DNA of 64,000 bases from the NCBI RefSeq assembly GCF_009914755.1, contig NC_060929.1; one strand, given 5' to 3'. The stretch is from the human T2T-CHM13v2.0 reference genome, Homo sapiens. The notes under the pieces were generated by a model. The model did not search any database and was not told the origin of the DNA. It worked only from the letters and a program-made list of their open reading frames with translations. The first letter of the stretch is position 1. Every line of letters begins with the position of its first letter. The position numbers and the translations under genes were made by a program. Positions 47,001 through 60,527 of the stretch are shown piece by piece.

Positions 47001-47997
47001 ACTTTGGGGGACTGCTGGTAAGGCATAACTGATTTTGAAATGTGAGGATGAAGACATGAGATTTGGGAGGGACCAGGGGTGGAATGATATGGTTTGGCTG
47101 TGTCCCCACCCAAATCTCATCTTGAATTCCCATGTGTTGTGGGAGGGACCTGCTGGGAGGTAATTGAATGATGCAGGTAAGTCTTCCCGTGCTGTTCTTG
47201 TGATAGTGAATAAATATCATGAGAGCTGACGGTTTTAAAAAGAGGAGTTCCTCTGAACATGCTCTCTCTCTTTGCCTGCTGCCATCCATGTAAGCTGTAG
47301 CTTGCTCCTCCTTGCCTTCCACCATGATCATGAAGCTTCCCCAGCCACGTGGAACTGTAAGTCCAATTAAATCTTTCTTTTGTAAATTGCCCAGTCTCTG
47401 GTATATCGTAATCATCAGCATGAAAATGGACTAATACAGGACAGTACGGCCATTTTAACAACCTTGGTTCTTCTAATCCATAAGCACGAGAAAACAGATC
47501 ATTCTACCAAAAAGACACATGCACTCATAGGTTCATCCCAGCACTATTCATAATGGCAAAGTCATGAAATCAACATAGTTACCCATCAAAAGTGGATTGG
47601 ATAAAGAAAATGTGGTATACATACACCGTGGAATAAAAAGAAATAAAACCATGCCCTCTGCAGCAACATAGATGCAGCTGCAGGCCATTATCCTAAGTGA
47701 ATTAATGCAGGAACAGAAAACCAAATACCACATATTCTCAAGCATAAGTGTTAGCTAAACATTGAATATTCATGGATGTAAAGATGGCAACAATAGACAC
47801 TATTAGACAAGGAAAAGAAGGAGTGGGGAAAGGTTTGAAAAAACAAACTATTGAGTACTATGCTGGCACCTGGGTGACAACATTATTTGTACCTCAAACC
47901 TAAGCATCATGCAATATAGTCAGGTAACAAACCTGCACATGTGCCCCCTGAATCTAAACCAAAAGTTGAAAATAAAATAAAATTAAATTAAAATAAA
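44090..47997 (+). mobile_element. 5'-inverted L1PA15/16-like LINE-1 (44090-45148 and 47444-47488 minus strand; 47489-47997 plus strand), interrupted by THE1
   Basis: Antisense ORF2 3' sequence switches to sense at 'aaacagatcattctaccaaaaagacac'. 3' UTR 'aaagatggcaacaatagacact...aaacctgcacatgtgccccctgaatctaaa' plus A-rich tail. Confidence 0.82.
45149..47438 (+). mobile_element. Complete THE1A-like MaLR retrotransposon (LTR 45149-45503, internal region, LTR 47085-47438)
   Basis: Both LTRs run tgatatggtttg...taca and contain 'gtaagtccaattaaa'. Perfect 5-bp TSD ggaca at 45144-45148 and 47439-47443. Confidence 0.95.
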
Positions 47998-48114
47998 CAC
48001 AAACAGTGGCAATCTATACCTTCTGTGTCTTACCATTTTTATTTCTCAATATACTTTGACAATTACTCCAGAACAAATGGAGGTGCCTTATTCTGCCAAA
48101 CAATTGCAATGTAT

Positions 48115-48335
48115 TGTAGCCAACCGCCAGAGAGAAACTGAGGCTGTTGGTACATGTCATAAGAAATTGAATCTGCCAGCAACCACATGAGCATGGAAAT
48201 GATTGCCCACCTAGTCAAGCCTCAAATGACACTGCAACATTGCAGAGGAGGCAGCTGAAACTGTGAGGTAATAAATCTTTGTGCTTCAAGCAAGTTTGTA
48301 GGAATATTGTTATGCAGCAAGAGATAACTTATACA
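48115..48335 (+). mobile_element. MLT1-family LTR 3' fragment
   Basis: 'gaatctgccagcaaccacatgagc...aactgtgaggtaataaat...tgttatgcagcaagagataacttataca'. Confidence 0.65.
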
Positions 48336-48947
48336 ATTATTAATTTATAGTTTGATTTAGCTGTGATTAACAGATGCTGCTTGCATTGTCTACTTATGGA
48401 AATTTACTCATGTTTTATTTGTGCCTTGGTAAATGCACAGAACAAAATTGCCATCTTTTTAATGTTCTATGGACATTTGAAAAGAATTCTTTTAGGATGC
48501 AAAGTTCCAAAGTACCAATTAGATCTACTATGTTTATTATATTATTCAGGTTTTCTTTATATTTACATATCTTTTTGTCATTTTAGTTTATTGGATTGCA
48601 GGGGGTAAATTAAATTCTGCTACTTGTTATGGATTTCTATTCCTTGTTGGTTTTGATTTATAAAGTTTCATGAATTTTTATTAGACATACAGATATTTGT
48701 AATGGAAAAGCTTTACTTTGTCTTACTTTTATCATTATAAAGTTTCCTTTTTCCACTTTAATGTTATTTGCTCTCACTTTTCAAATTTATTGTCTGTTTT
48801 GAATGCTATCCCTGCCTTTTTATATTAAATATTTCTAGAATGTCTTTGCATATATTTTTATTTTTGTGTTTCTGAGTTACTTTCTTTGAGATGAGTAACT
48901 TATGTGTGTGCATTTGTGTGTATACATATCTGTATATTTTATGTGTG

Positions 48948-48955
<8 letters not shown>

Positions 48956-48989
<34 letters not shown>

Positions 48990-49000
48990 TGTGTGTGTGT
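48956..49000. repeat. (TG)n microsatellite
   Basis: Read directly from the sequence; one interruption. Confidence 0.95.
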
Positions 49001-49224
49001 TTCAACCAACATTTCTTTTCATAGAGCCATTTAGGTCATTTATACTGAATTGGTATAAAAAGCAGGCTTGATCTGTCAACATATTGTATTATATTCCTCC
49101 CTCTTTATTGTATTCAAAAACGGTCTATTGCTATGTGACTTTCATCATATATGGTTTCTTTGAATATGTTTGTTCTTTAAAGGTCAAACTTAGAATCAAT
49201 ATTTTCTAATAATTCTTTGTTTTT

Positions 49225-52200
49225 GTTATTTTATATTTTTATTTTTATTGACATATACTAGTACATTTTTATGGGGCGCACAGTGATTTTTGATACATAA
49301 AATGCATAATGATTGAATCAGAGTAATTAGCATATCCATCACCTCAAATATTTATAATTTGTGTTGGGAACATTCAAAATGCTGTCTTCTAGCTGTCTTA
49401 AAGTATGTAATAAATTATTATTAACTATGGTCACTCTACAGTGCTATGAAAACCTAGAAGTTATTTCTCCTGTCCTGCTGCAATTTTGTCTCCTTCTACC
49501 AATCCCTCCCTCACTACCCTTTCTCCATCCCTTTCTCTCTCTACCCTTTCCAGTCTCTAGTAACCATTATTCTACTCTATCCTTTCATGAGACAAACTTT
49601 TTTATGTTCTGCACATGAGTGAGAACATGCAGATAGAGATATTTATCTTGCTATTCCTGGCTTATTTCACATAACGTAATGTCCTCCAGGCTCTTTCATT
49701 TGTTGTGAATAACAGTAGTTCATTCCTTTTTTATGACTGAAGAATATTCCACTGTGTATATATATCACATGATTTTAATCCATTCATCTGTCAATAAACA
49801 GTTAAGTTGACTGAATATCTTGGCTATTGTGAATAGTACTGCAATAAACATGAGAGTACAGATATCTCCTCGATACACAGATCTCCTTTCCTTTGGGTGT
49901 ATACCCAGTAGTGGGATTGCTAGAACATGTGGTAGTTCTATTTGTATTTTGAGGAACCTCTGTACTGTTCTCTGTATGGCTGTGCTAGTTTACATTCCCA
50001 CCAACAGTGCATAAGAGTTCACCTTTCTCTGCATCCTCACCAGCATTTATTTCTTTTGTCTTTTAGATAATATTCATTCTAACTAGGGTGAGATTATATC
50101 TAATTGTGGTTTTGATGTGCACTTTCCTGCTTATTATTGATGTAAAGTATTTTTTCCATATATTTGTTGGCCATTTGTATGTTTCTTTTGTAAAGTGTCT
50201 AGTCAGATCATTTGTCCATTTTAAAAAATTGGGTTGTTTTCTTGCTGTTGAGTTCCTTATGTATTCTGGCTACTAATCCTTTGTCAGATGAGTAGTTTGA
50301 AAAATTTTTCCCCAATTCTGTAGGTTGTCTTTTCCCTCTGTTGTTTACTTTGCTGTACAAAAGCTTTTTAGTTTGATACAATCCCATTTGCCTATTTTTG
50401 CTTTTTTTCTTATGCTTTAGAGGTGTTAGTGATAAGGTCTTTTTCTGGACCAATGTTCTTAAGCGTATCCGCTCTGTTTTCTTCTAGTAGTTTCATAGTT
50501 TCTGGTCTTATGTTAAAATATTTCATCTATTTTGTGTCAATATTTGTATAAAGTGAAAGATAGGAGACTAGTTTCATTCTTCTACATATGGATATCCAGT
50601 TTTCCAAGCACAATTTATTGAAGAGACTGTCCTTTACTCACTGAATGATCTTCGCACCTTTGTTGAAAATCAGTTGGCTATAAATAGGTGGATTTAATTT
50701 TGTATTTTCTATACTGTTCCACTGGTCTATGTGTGTGTATCTGTTATTAAGGAAGCACCATGATGTTTTGGTTACCATAGCTTCAGAGTATATTTTGAAA
50801 TCTGGTAGTGTGATGCCCCACCTTTGTTCTTTTTGCTTAGGATTACTTTGGCTATTTGGGATCTTTTGTGGTTTTATAATAATTTTAGGATTTTTTTTCT
50901 ATTTCTGTGAAGATGGTCATTGCTAATTTGATAGCGATTGCATAGAATCTGTAGATTGCTTTGGGCAGTATGGTCATTTTAGCAACATTGTTTCTTCTAG
51001 TCCATGAACATTATATCTTTCCATGTTTTGTATATGTGTCTTTAATTTGTTTCATCAGTGTTTTATAGCTTTCCATGTAAAGATATGTCAGTTCCTTCAC
51101 TAAATTTATTCTTAGGTATTATGTGTAGCTATTGTAAATGAGATTGCTTTCTTGATTTCTTTTGCAGCTATTTGTTGTTAGTTCTTAGAAATGCTACAGA
51201 TATTTGTATGTTGATTTTGTGCCCTGCAAATTTACTAAATTCATTTATCTCTTCTAAGAGATTTTTTTTGGTGGAATCTTTAGTTTTCTCTACAGAAAGG
51301 ATCTTGTCATCTGCAAAGAGGGATCAATTGATTTCCTCCTTTCCAATTTGAATGTCCTTTATTTCCTTCTCTTACCTAATTGTTCTGGTTAGGACTTCTA
51401 GCACTATGTTAAATAAGGAATGGTCAGAGTTGTTTTCCTTGATTGTTTACCAGATCTTAGAGGAAAGACTCAGACTTTCAGCTTTTCCTCATTTAATATG
51501 ACGTCAGCTATGGGTTTGTCATATGTTACCTTTATTGTGTTGAGGTACATCCCTTCTATACCTAATTTGTTGAGAGTTTTCTTTCACAAAGGAATATTAA
51601 ATTTTATCAAATAATTTTTTGTGTTTCTATTGAGATGATCACATGGTTTTTGTCCTTCATAATATTGATGTGATGTATCATGTTTATTGATTTGTGTATT
51701 CTACACCATCCTTGCATGCTTGGCATATATCCCACTAGATCATAGTGTATGGTCTTTTGGATGCGCTGTTGGTTTCAATTTGCTAGTGTTTGGTTGAGGA
51801 GTTTTGCATCTATGTTTATCATAAATGTTGGCCTGTAGTTTTCTTTTTTGGTTGTGTCCTTATCTGGTTTTGATATCAGCATTATGCTGGCAATGTAGAA
51901 TGAGCTGGGAAGATTACCCCGTCTTTCACTTTTTTTTTTTTTTTTGAATATTTAGAAGTATTAGTATTAGTTCTTTTTTGGTTGTGTCCTTATCTGGTTT
52001 GGTAGAAATCAGCAGCAAAGACATCTGGCCCTGGGCATTTCTTTGTTAGGAGACTTTTTATTACAGATTCCTTACTATTATTCATCTGTTCAGGTTTTCT
52101 GTATTGTCTTAGTATAATCTTGGTAGTTTGTATGCATCCAAAAATTTATCCATTTTCTCTAGGTTTTCTAATTTCTATAACTATAGTTCCTCATAATAGT

Positions 52201-55200
52201 CTCTAACAGTCCTTTGTATTTCTGTGGTTTCTATTGTGATTTCTTAAGTTTCTGATTTTGTTTGAGTCTTCTTTTTTCCTTAATCTAGCTAATATTTTCT
52301 TTTTTGATTTTGTTTATCTTTTCAACAAATTAAGGTTTTATTTTGTTGATTCTTTGTATTTCTTAATTTCAATTTTATTTATTTCTGCTCTGATCTTCAC
52401 TATTTATTTCTACTAATTTTAAGTTTGGTTTGTTCTTGTTTTTCTAGTTCCTTAAATTGCGTTATTATTTTATTTGAAATCTTTCTGCTTTTATGATGTC
52501 AGCATTTATTGCTATAAACTTGTTTTAATACTGCTTTTGCTGTTCCCTGTTGGTTTTGGTATGTTGTGTCTCTGTTTTTATTTGTTAAAAGGAATTTTTA
52601 ACATTTCCTCCTTAGTTTCTTTCTTGACCCATAGATTATTCAGGAGAATTTTGTTTAATTTCCATGTATTTGTACAATTTCAAATGTTCCTCTTAGTATT
52701 AAATTCCAGTTTTATTCCATTGAGTCATGAAAGATACTTGATATAATTTCAATTTGTTAAAATTTTTGAGACTTGTTTTCTTACTTAAAATATAGTCAAT
52801 CCTGGAGAATGCTCCATGTGCTAATGATAAGAATGTGTATCTATAGGTTTTGGTTGAAATGTTCTGTAAATGTTAGGTCCATTTGGTCTATGGTACAGTT
52901 CTAATTTGATGTCTGTTGATTTTCTGTCTAAGTAATCTGTTCAATGCTGAGAGTGGGATGTCAAAGTCACCAATTATTATTACACTGGAGTCTATGTCTT
53001 TCTTTGGATCTAATAATATTTGCTCTATGTATCTGGACGCTCCACAGTTGGGTGCATAAATTTTTATAACTGTTATATTCTCTTGCTTAATTGATCCCTT
53101 TATTATTAATTAATAAAATTAATTAATGGGTTTTTTTGTCTCTTTTTACAGTTTTTACTTAAAGTCTATTTTATCTAAGTATACCTAGTCCTGCTTGCTT
53201 ATGGTTTTGGCTTGTACAACATTTCTTTTTCCTTTTCTTCACTCTCAGTCTATATGTGTATTTACATGTGAATTGAATTTCTTGTAGGCAGCATATAGTT
53301 GAGTTTCTTAAAAATCCATTTGTCCAGTCTGTATTTTTTAACTGGGAAATTTCATCTGTTTACATTCAAAGTTATTATTGATAGGTGAGGACTTACTGTT
53401 TTTATTTTATTAATTGTTTTCTGGCTGTTTTGCATGTCATTTGTTCTTTTTTTCTTCTCTTATTTTTTATCTTTGCAGTTTGGTGATTTTTTTGTAGAGA
53501 TAAGATTTTGTTTTTTTCTGTTCCTGCTTTGTGTATGTGTTCTACTAATGAGTCATAATTTTGTGAGTTTTCAGGATGGTAGTTATCTTTGTTTCCAGAT
53601 GTAAAACTCCCATAAGCATTTCTTGTAGTGCTGCTGTAATGGTGATGAATTTCCTCAGTTTTTGCTCATCTGGGAAACAATTTATTTCTCCTTTTTTTCT
53701 GAAGGGTAGCTTTACCAGGTATAGCATTTTTCATAGAAGTATTTTTCTTTCAGCACTTTGAATATATCATCTCATTCTTTCCTGGCCTGTAAGATTTCTG
53801 CTAAGAAATCTGTTAGTCTAATATGGATTTCCTTATATATGACTTGATACACTTTTCATGCTGTTTTTAAAATTCTGTGTTTTTGACTTTTGACAATTTC
53901 ACTGTAATGTGCCTTGGAGAGGATCTGTTTGGGTGTTATTTGAGAATCTTTGAAATTCCTAGATCTGGATGTTCATCTCTTTCCAAAGACTTGGGAAGTT
54001 TTCAGCTCTTTTTCATTAAATATGCTTTCCACACTTTTGGTCTTCCATTCTTCTTCTGCTACCTTCATAATGTGGATATCTGTTCACTTAATTGTGTCCC
54101 ATAAGTCCTGTAAACTTTCTCCATACTTTTATCTTCTTTTTGCTGCCTGGGTTATTTCAGAAAAACTTGTCTTCAAGTTCAGAAATTTGTTCCTGTGCTT
54201 GGTCTAGTCTGTTGTTGAATCTCTTGGTGGTATTTTTAAAATTTTATTCATTACATTCTTTAGGTCTAAGATTTCTGTTTTTTGTTTTTTAAATGATATC
54301 TGTCTCTTTGTTGAATGCCTTATTCAGATCATAAACTTTTTTCCTGATTTCATTGTATTCTCTAGCTGAATTCCATTTTGCTGAGCTTTCATAAGATTAT
54401 TATTTTGAATTCCTTTTCTGGCCTTTCATATTTTTCTGGGATTTTTTTTTTTTGGTCTGTTACTGAAGATTTATTGTATTCCTTTGTAAATGTATTTTTT
54501 TTTGCTTTTTTTATATTTATTGTGTCACTATATTGATATCTGCACATTTGGTGGAACAACTGTCTCCTCCAATTGCATGGAGTAGGTTTTACAGGAAAAG
54601 ACTAATTCCTGTTGTTGGGTTCTGTGGTATCAGTTAGATATGATGTGTTGGCTTTGATTCTGGGTGGACACAGTAGTGGATTCTCTGTTTATTTCTTCCA
54701 TTATAATCAGTGTTAGTGATGTTAGCAAGTGCCTCAGTGGCCTATGCTGTGGGAGTTAGTGGTAGTAGTGGTGTAGTTTTGCCAGAGTTGGGCTTCCTAG
54801 GTTCTGTCTCAGGACAGGGGCAAGTATGTGCCCATAGTAGGTCAGCTAGCTTGGGACTGGCTTGCTGGGATAGGGGCTGCTGGGCTGTTACTCCAGTAGA
54901 CTCATGGGACATTGCTTCCCAGCCAGCTCAGGAGATAGTCTACCTGGGGTGGGTCTACCAGGCCATTTCTCCAGCTAGGGATACAGGCACACAGTGGTTC
55001 AGCTGGTCCAGTTTGGCTTCTCCACTATGCAGGACCACAGTTATAGTCATACCTCATCCCACGCTCTGAGCAACCAGGGTTTTATCATCGTAGCTAAGCC
55101 CACATGAATCCATGTGGGCTTGATGGTCTTGGTGGAATGATGGCAGAGCTCCAGGGCTGGAGAGGTGGTGACTACTGGCCCCCAGGGCAGGTCACACTTC

Positions 55201-55700
55201 AGTAGTGGCTCTGGTTTCAAGATGGCTTCATACTGCAGCAGATTGGGTCATGGGCAGGATTAGGAGTATATAACTCTTAGTCCAGAGCAATGCAGCCATA
55301 TGAATTCCAGGCAGCTCCCAAGACTTGGCTCAGGGCTTGTGAGAATTGTAGGATTACCCTGTAATAAGAACTGCCAGTGTCTGCAGTGGCAATGAGAACT
55401 GGTGGGGATCTTTTGCTTACCTTTTCTTTACAAGGGGTAAAGACTTGACTCTCCTGACTGACCAGATCTTGGGTGGGGAAATAGGGCAGCAGAGACAGGG
55501 TGCTTAATTCCCCTCTCTATGTTGCTATCTTGGGCTTCTGAGCACCACAGGGACCTAGGTACCTCCTTGCTGCATTCCAGCACTCTCTCTCTAACACTCC
55601 ACTTGAATTTTCATTGTTTATTCTTTGCCTTGATCTTTTCTTGTCAGGGGAATGAATGCCAGGTGTCTCTAGTCAGGCATCTTTCCGACATCATTCTCTT
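49225..55700 (-). mobile_element. Near-full-length old LINE-1, L1MA4/5-like
   Basis: Antisense L1MA 3' UTR ('agtaattagcatatccatcacctcaaatattt...gggaacattcaaaat'), continuous degenerate ORF2 and ORF1 (fragment LYLVKLPFRKKGEINCFPDEQKLRKFIT), GC-richer 5' UTR ending at 'ctctagtcaggcatctt'. Confidence 0.85.
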
Positions 55701-56751
55701 GCTCTAATTTCTGATATCCATCCCTAGCCTAATCAAATATAATTCCTTTTTTGGTGGGGAAAAAAGGATTACATAGTTCAAGTAGATTCTAAAATTCTTT
55801 TTTACAATAGAAACCACTGATGATAATATAAACCCAGGAACATATAAACATAAATATAAGTGCTTTTGATGACATGTAGATATTTCCATCCATGAAACAC
55901 AGATCATTGTCATTCCAGAAAACAAATCATCTGCTCTAAATAGCTTTTTCTTCAGTGTACAGTGAACATATGTGTTCCTTTTTGACTTTTCTGAATTTAG
56001 TCACTTTATTTCCACGCCTTTTCTAATCTTCTATGCAAATTTAAATTGTTCCAAATTTTCAAAGTCAAGGTCATATCTCTTTATCTCTGGAAACTTTTTC
56101 ATTACTGCTCTAGATAGGGCTCAAAGTAGTCTTGATTTCTTAATCTATATTGGTATATGTAGCATGAGGTTAGAAAAGTTGCATAGTTACTGACTTCGAA
56201 GAGTTCATATCAAGTAGACTATCTTAAATAATTTTCATTCCACTGAAAGTATTCCATTTGGAAAACCCTCTCAAATTAAAGGCAATTAAAACATCTTAAC
56301 AATGATAGTTTTCTTAGCACAGCTAAAAGCATTGTTTTTGCTACATGTTACATTAGAGAAAAATATTGGGGAAAAACTCTTAAATTCTTTGAAATAAAAA
56401 AATCTATATTTCTCGTGCTATTTTGAACAAAGGCAATGATATTCATATTCATTATTCTTATTATGCTGAACATAATTTAAAGTTTTTATGTGTTCACTGA
56501 AGCTCTGTTGTGATGGGGTTTTTACCTACTGAATTCAGAATACAGAAGTAGCTGGCCCTTTTCTCACTTCTCTCAAAAGCTGGTTGAGTGGGTAGAAGGT
56601 GAGGGAGACAGAGGCAGGACCTATATACATAACAGATGATTGAAAGAAAAGGGGCAATGTCACTGGTGAAATCTTCCTTTTTAAAATTTTCTCCAGGAAG
56701 TAGACAGCAAGAAAGCAGTGATGAATATGATAGTTCAATTCTTTCATGCAC

Positions 56752-56884
56752 TAGATGACCATATATCTAAGTTTGCCCTAAACATTTTCAGCTTATGTTT
56801 GTCGTCCCAGGATAATTATTAGCAGTATTCTATTTTGTTCTCGAAAGTGTCCTTATTTAGACAGTAAACTATATAGTCATCCCA
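56752..56884. mobile_element. MER94-like hAT-Blackjack MITE
   Basis: Inverted termini 'gatgaccatata...tatatagtcatc' with internal 'gtcccaggataattatt...aaagtgtcc'. Confidence 0.6.
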
Positions 56885-57489
56885 TTGATGTAGGGGTATG
56901 TTAAGCTGATTAACAAGACTAGATAGATTTTGACATTTATTCAGTTTACTGCCTAAAGATTTTAAATAGCTTTTCAAAGAAATAGTTTCTCAATCAAAAT
57001 GAGAAATTGTAAAGATTAAATATGTATTCCAAACCCTACCAGTCATTTAATAAAGCAGCAAACAAAAGTCATGAAAATGCCAGCCCAATTATATACAAGT
57101 TCAATTTTATCTTAATGGTAAAATGCTAGTCCCACACAATCCACAGTGACATCCCAGATAAGAGGTGGTTGATGACTGAAGGTAAGTGTTACATAGGAAA
57201 GTTCAAGTCATAGGATCTATTTATTTACATTAATTCTGGCCATAATCAAAAATATTTGAGAGTGCTCACATTTGATCACTGTTAGAAAAAAAAGGCTCCT
57301 GTCAACACTGCTGTCACAATGGAACCAACATTTCATTTTTTTAATTTCAGACTGACAACCAAGTTCATGTTCTACAGATTAAAACTCAAGTCTTGAAATT
57401 AAGGTCTTCATTGTTTTATTTAACTTTAGAATCCAGTAGAAACCGTCTTCTCATCAGGATGCCTTATAGGATTTCCTCCAATGCCATTA

Positions 57490-57855
57490 TATTTGTCAGC
57501 TTTCACTAGGTTTTGCTGCATAAGGAAGAACCTCAAAATCTTATTGGCTTAAAACAACACATGTTTATTTTTTGCTTAAGTTTCATATAAACCGAAATTT
57601 GATGGTGGCTATGCTCCAGGCCAGAGGTCAGGCATGTGATGCACCTGTTCTTTTCACAGAAGAGCCAGAGGTCAAACTAACTACAAAATCACATGTAAAA
57701 CATTTTCTCAGGCAGGAGATATTATATTTGTGATTTTCCATTAGCCAAAATAAGTCACACAGACAAACCTACGTCAGTGAGGCAGAAAAATATAACCCTA
57801 CCTAGCACAAGAGGAAGAAAGAGGAATATTTCCCAGTAATCATAAATATGTCACG
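57490..57855 (-). mobile_element. Old MLT1-family LTR
   Basis: 'ctaggttttgctgcataa...cctcaaaatcttattggcttaaaacaacacatgtttattt...ccattagccaaaataagtcac'. Confidence 0.55.
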
Positions 57856-57879
57856 GCTATCCTCAATCATTATTTCAGT

Positions 57880-58212
57880 ACTTTTAAATGACATCCCAGT
57901 TCCCTGGAATGGTTTCCCTCTAATCCTTTTACAGCCGAACTCTCTCACCTTTCAAAGTTAAACTCAAATCAAACGACTCTATAAGGCCTTCTCTAATGGT
58001 TCCTCTCCACCATGTTTTCACTTTGTCTGCTCTACTGTGCATTTGTATTTATCACTTGTTTTGACACAAACTATAGCTGGTATCATAATGTATTCGTTTG
58101 TTTCATGTCCTTATGCCTTGTTTGAAGGGCAAGGACCATAACCTCTTCTAGTTAATATAGGTACTATGCAAATATAAAAAACACCATAAATACTTGTTGA
58201 ATGAATTATTCA
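57880..58212 (+). mobile_element. L2 LINE 3' end fragment
   Basis: 'ccctggaatg...tttgaagggcaaggacc...ataaatacttgttgaatgaat'. Confidence 0.6.
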
Positions 58213-60401
58213 ATAATGTTTTGCCCACTTTCTTGGGTAAAAGTTCTGAAGAATAAAAGACTATGTATTGAAGATATATTTATGCTACTATTTTAATATT
58301 GATGTCAGTTATTTATCCAGCAAATTCTTATTTAAACATGTATTTGTAGCATATACAATTCTCATATGAAGATGCTGCTGCTGACTCAACAGGATTACTC
58401 TATGAACACTGAGATATTTACAGTTTGGTTTAATAGAAAAACCACAGGAGTTGAGGCTTGTCTATTAAATACAGGTTTGCCATTGGAAAAGTAACTTCTC
58501 TGAGTCTTATATATAAAATATGAGTAATGCCTAATTAGAAAAATGCTATGCAATACGTAATGTATCTAGGAACCTTACCCATAATAGATGCTCAAAACAT
58601 AGTAGCTATCATTTCCAATACTGATAGTGATTTTTATGAACCATTGTGCATTCTCCATTTGATGATTTGTAAAATACCAATTGAGGTTAGTTTTACTCTA
58701 CAGCTCTGAAATAGAATCAGCTCATTCGCCACCAAATAAAACTTGGGGTGACAGCCTCAAATGACAGGGCTCAAACCAACCAAGAAAGTTTCTGTTTACA
58801 GAAAAGCCTAGAAAAGTCATTTGTAAAAGTGATCTGGGGAGGTAAGAATCAGGGTGAGTAATAATAGCTTAGATAAGAACAAGAATTCACAGAATTGTAT
58901 GTAGAAACGTGAAAATTATTATCAAACCTTTTAAAGTAAATATTTCATATACGTACAAAGATGCAACATAAAACATATATCCTCTTGAGGAATTTTAGGC
59001 CACGAAAAGAAGAAATAATTTATTTCCAAACTGAGAGATCAAAAAGCCTAATCTAGAAGTAACTGTGGACAATATAAAGAAAGCAAGTACACACTCATAC
59101 ACTCTTTGAGCTGTGTGCTTCAGTTACGGTTGTCCACTGGGACCAATCTCTTCCTCTGGAAGGTTAAGTGTCCCTGAAACTGACATCAGAACATTTTTAA
59201 ATTAACAAGTACGTTGTTCTCATCTACAAATGGCAATTTGCCATGTTCAACTTATATTTAGATCTGTAAGTCCACATGTAATTTGTCTCACTTTGTGAGT
59301 ATAAATAATCACGATATAAATGGAGAAGAAATGTAAATCAATTGATTAACAATGTTATCACGATTTTAAAAATTCTTCTTTTCTATCCTTGCCTTATCTC
59401 TGCATTTCCTTTGTCTTGCCTTCTCTGGTAATGCTGGAAAAGTTTGAAAGTAGTTTAAAAACGTGCTCTGTGTGTGAGTGTGTGTGTGTGTGTGTGATGG
59501 TATTTACAGGCTATCAGAGACTCTTGGACAAAAATTTATTCCCCTCAATAAAGGCTAAGACAGTGTTCATCTGCAAAACATTTACTTTAAGTCTCTTTTC
59601 CTTTATAAATCATGCTCATATGCTTTTTATATTTTATAAAAGACCAGAACTCCCTGTCTCTAAGTTAGTAAAATAGTTTTGATTTAATGTCACCATGATC
59701 TCACAATTTCTGCCTTCAGCTAAGAAGTCAAAGTAAGATGACTTTTTAAAAAGGTTTCAAAATTTAAGTTATTGCCTACATTTTCATCTATAGTAAGTTA
59801 ATACAACCATCCAGCAACTTTAGAAAAGTACCATGACCCAAAATGCTTATATAAAATATTGAACAGTCTTCAATATGTATGTTCCTCAATGTGTAAGACT
59901 TTTGTAGTCATCAAATTCGGAAGAGCGTTACCATGACAGAATTGTGGCTGTTCTTCATTTCATTATTAATGAGACATTCACATCAAAACCAATTAATTAA
60001 AACTCATCAATTCTGAGTGTAAGAGAAAAAATAAAAGCAAAAATAACATGATTAAAAGTTTATAACAGGTTTATACAATAACAAGTATAACAGAAGTATT
60101 TACCATCCTTTAGTGAGTAAAACTTTTCCTAGCTTCTTAAAGATATCTGTGTAGGCATATTGGTGAATATTTCTAAATTATATACACAAAAATAAGATTT
60201 AAACAAAGCTACAAGTCATTGTAGGAAAGTTGGAAATAGCCTCATTTCTCCAGCATAATGGTAGGAGCCAATGTGGTTTGTTACCCTGTTGCTCCTAGGA
60301 ATATACCTAAGAAAAACTATTCCTTTCATGTTGCTTTTATTCCTTTTGAAAGCTTCTTTATTATTCAGTCTATATTAATGAGCTTGAAGAAAACAAGAAG
60401 A

Positions 60402-60525
60402 AAGGCTAGGCTAAGTTTTGATGTTGGGTAGGTTAGGTGTATTAAATGCATTTTTGACGTAATAAAAAATTTAACTTACAATGGAGTTATAAGATATAAT
60501 CCCATTATAAGTCAAGCGGCATCTG
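60402..60525. mobile_element. MER47/Tigger5 terminal fragment
   Basis: 'aggctaggctaag...gtaggttaggtgtattaaatgcattttt...taagtcaagcggcatctg|ta'. Confidence 0.7.
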
Positions 60526-60527
60526 TA

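Noticed and set aside
45452-47461. Cluster of 60-140-aa ORFs
   Set aside because: They lie in the THE1 internal region and LTR; fragmented MaLR sequence, not a gene.
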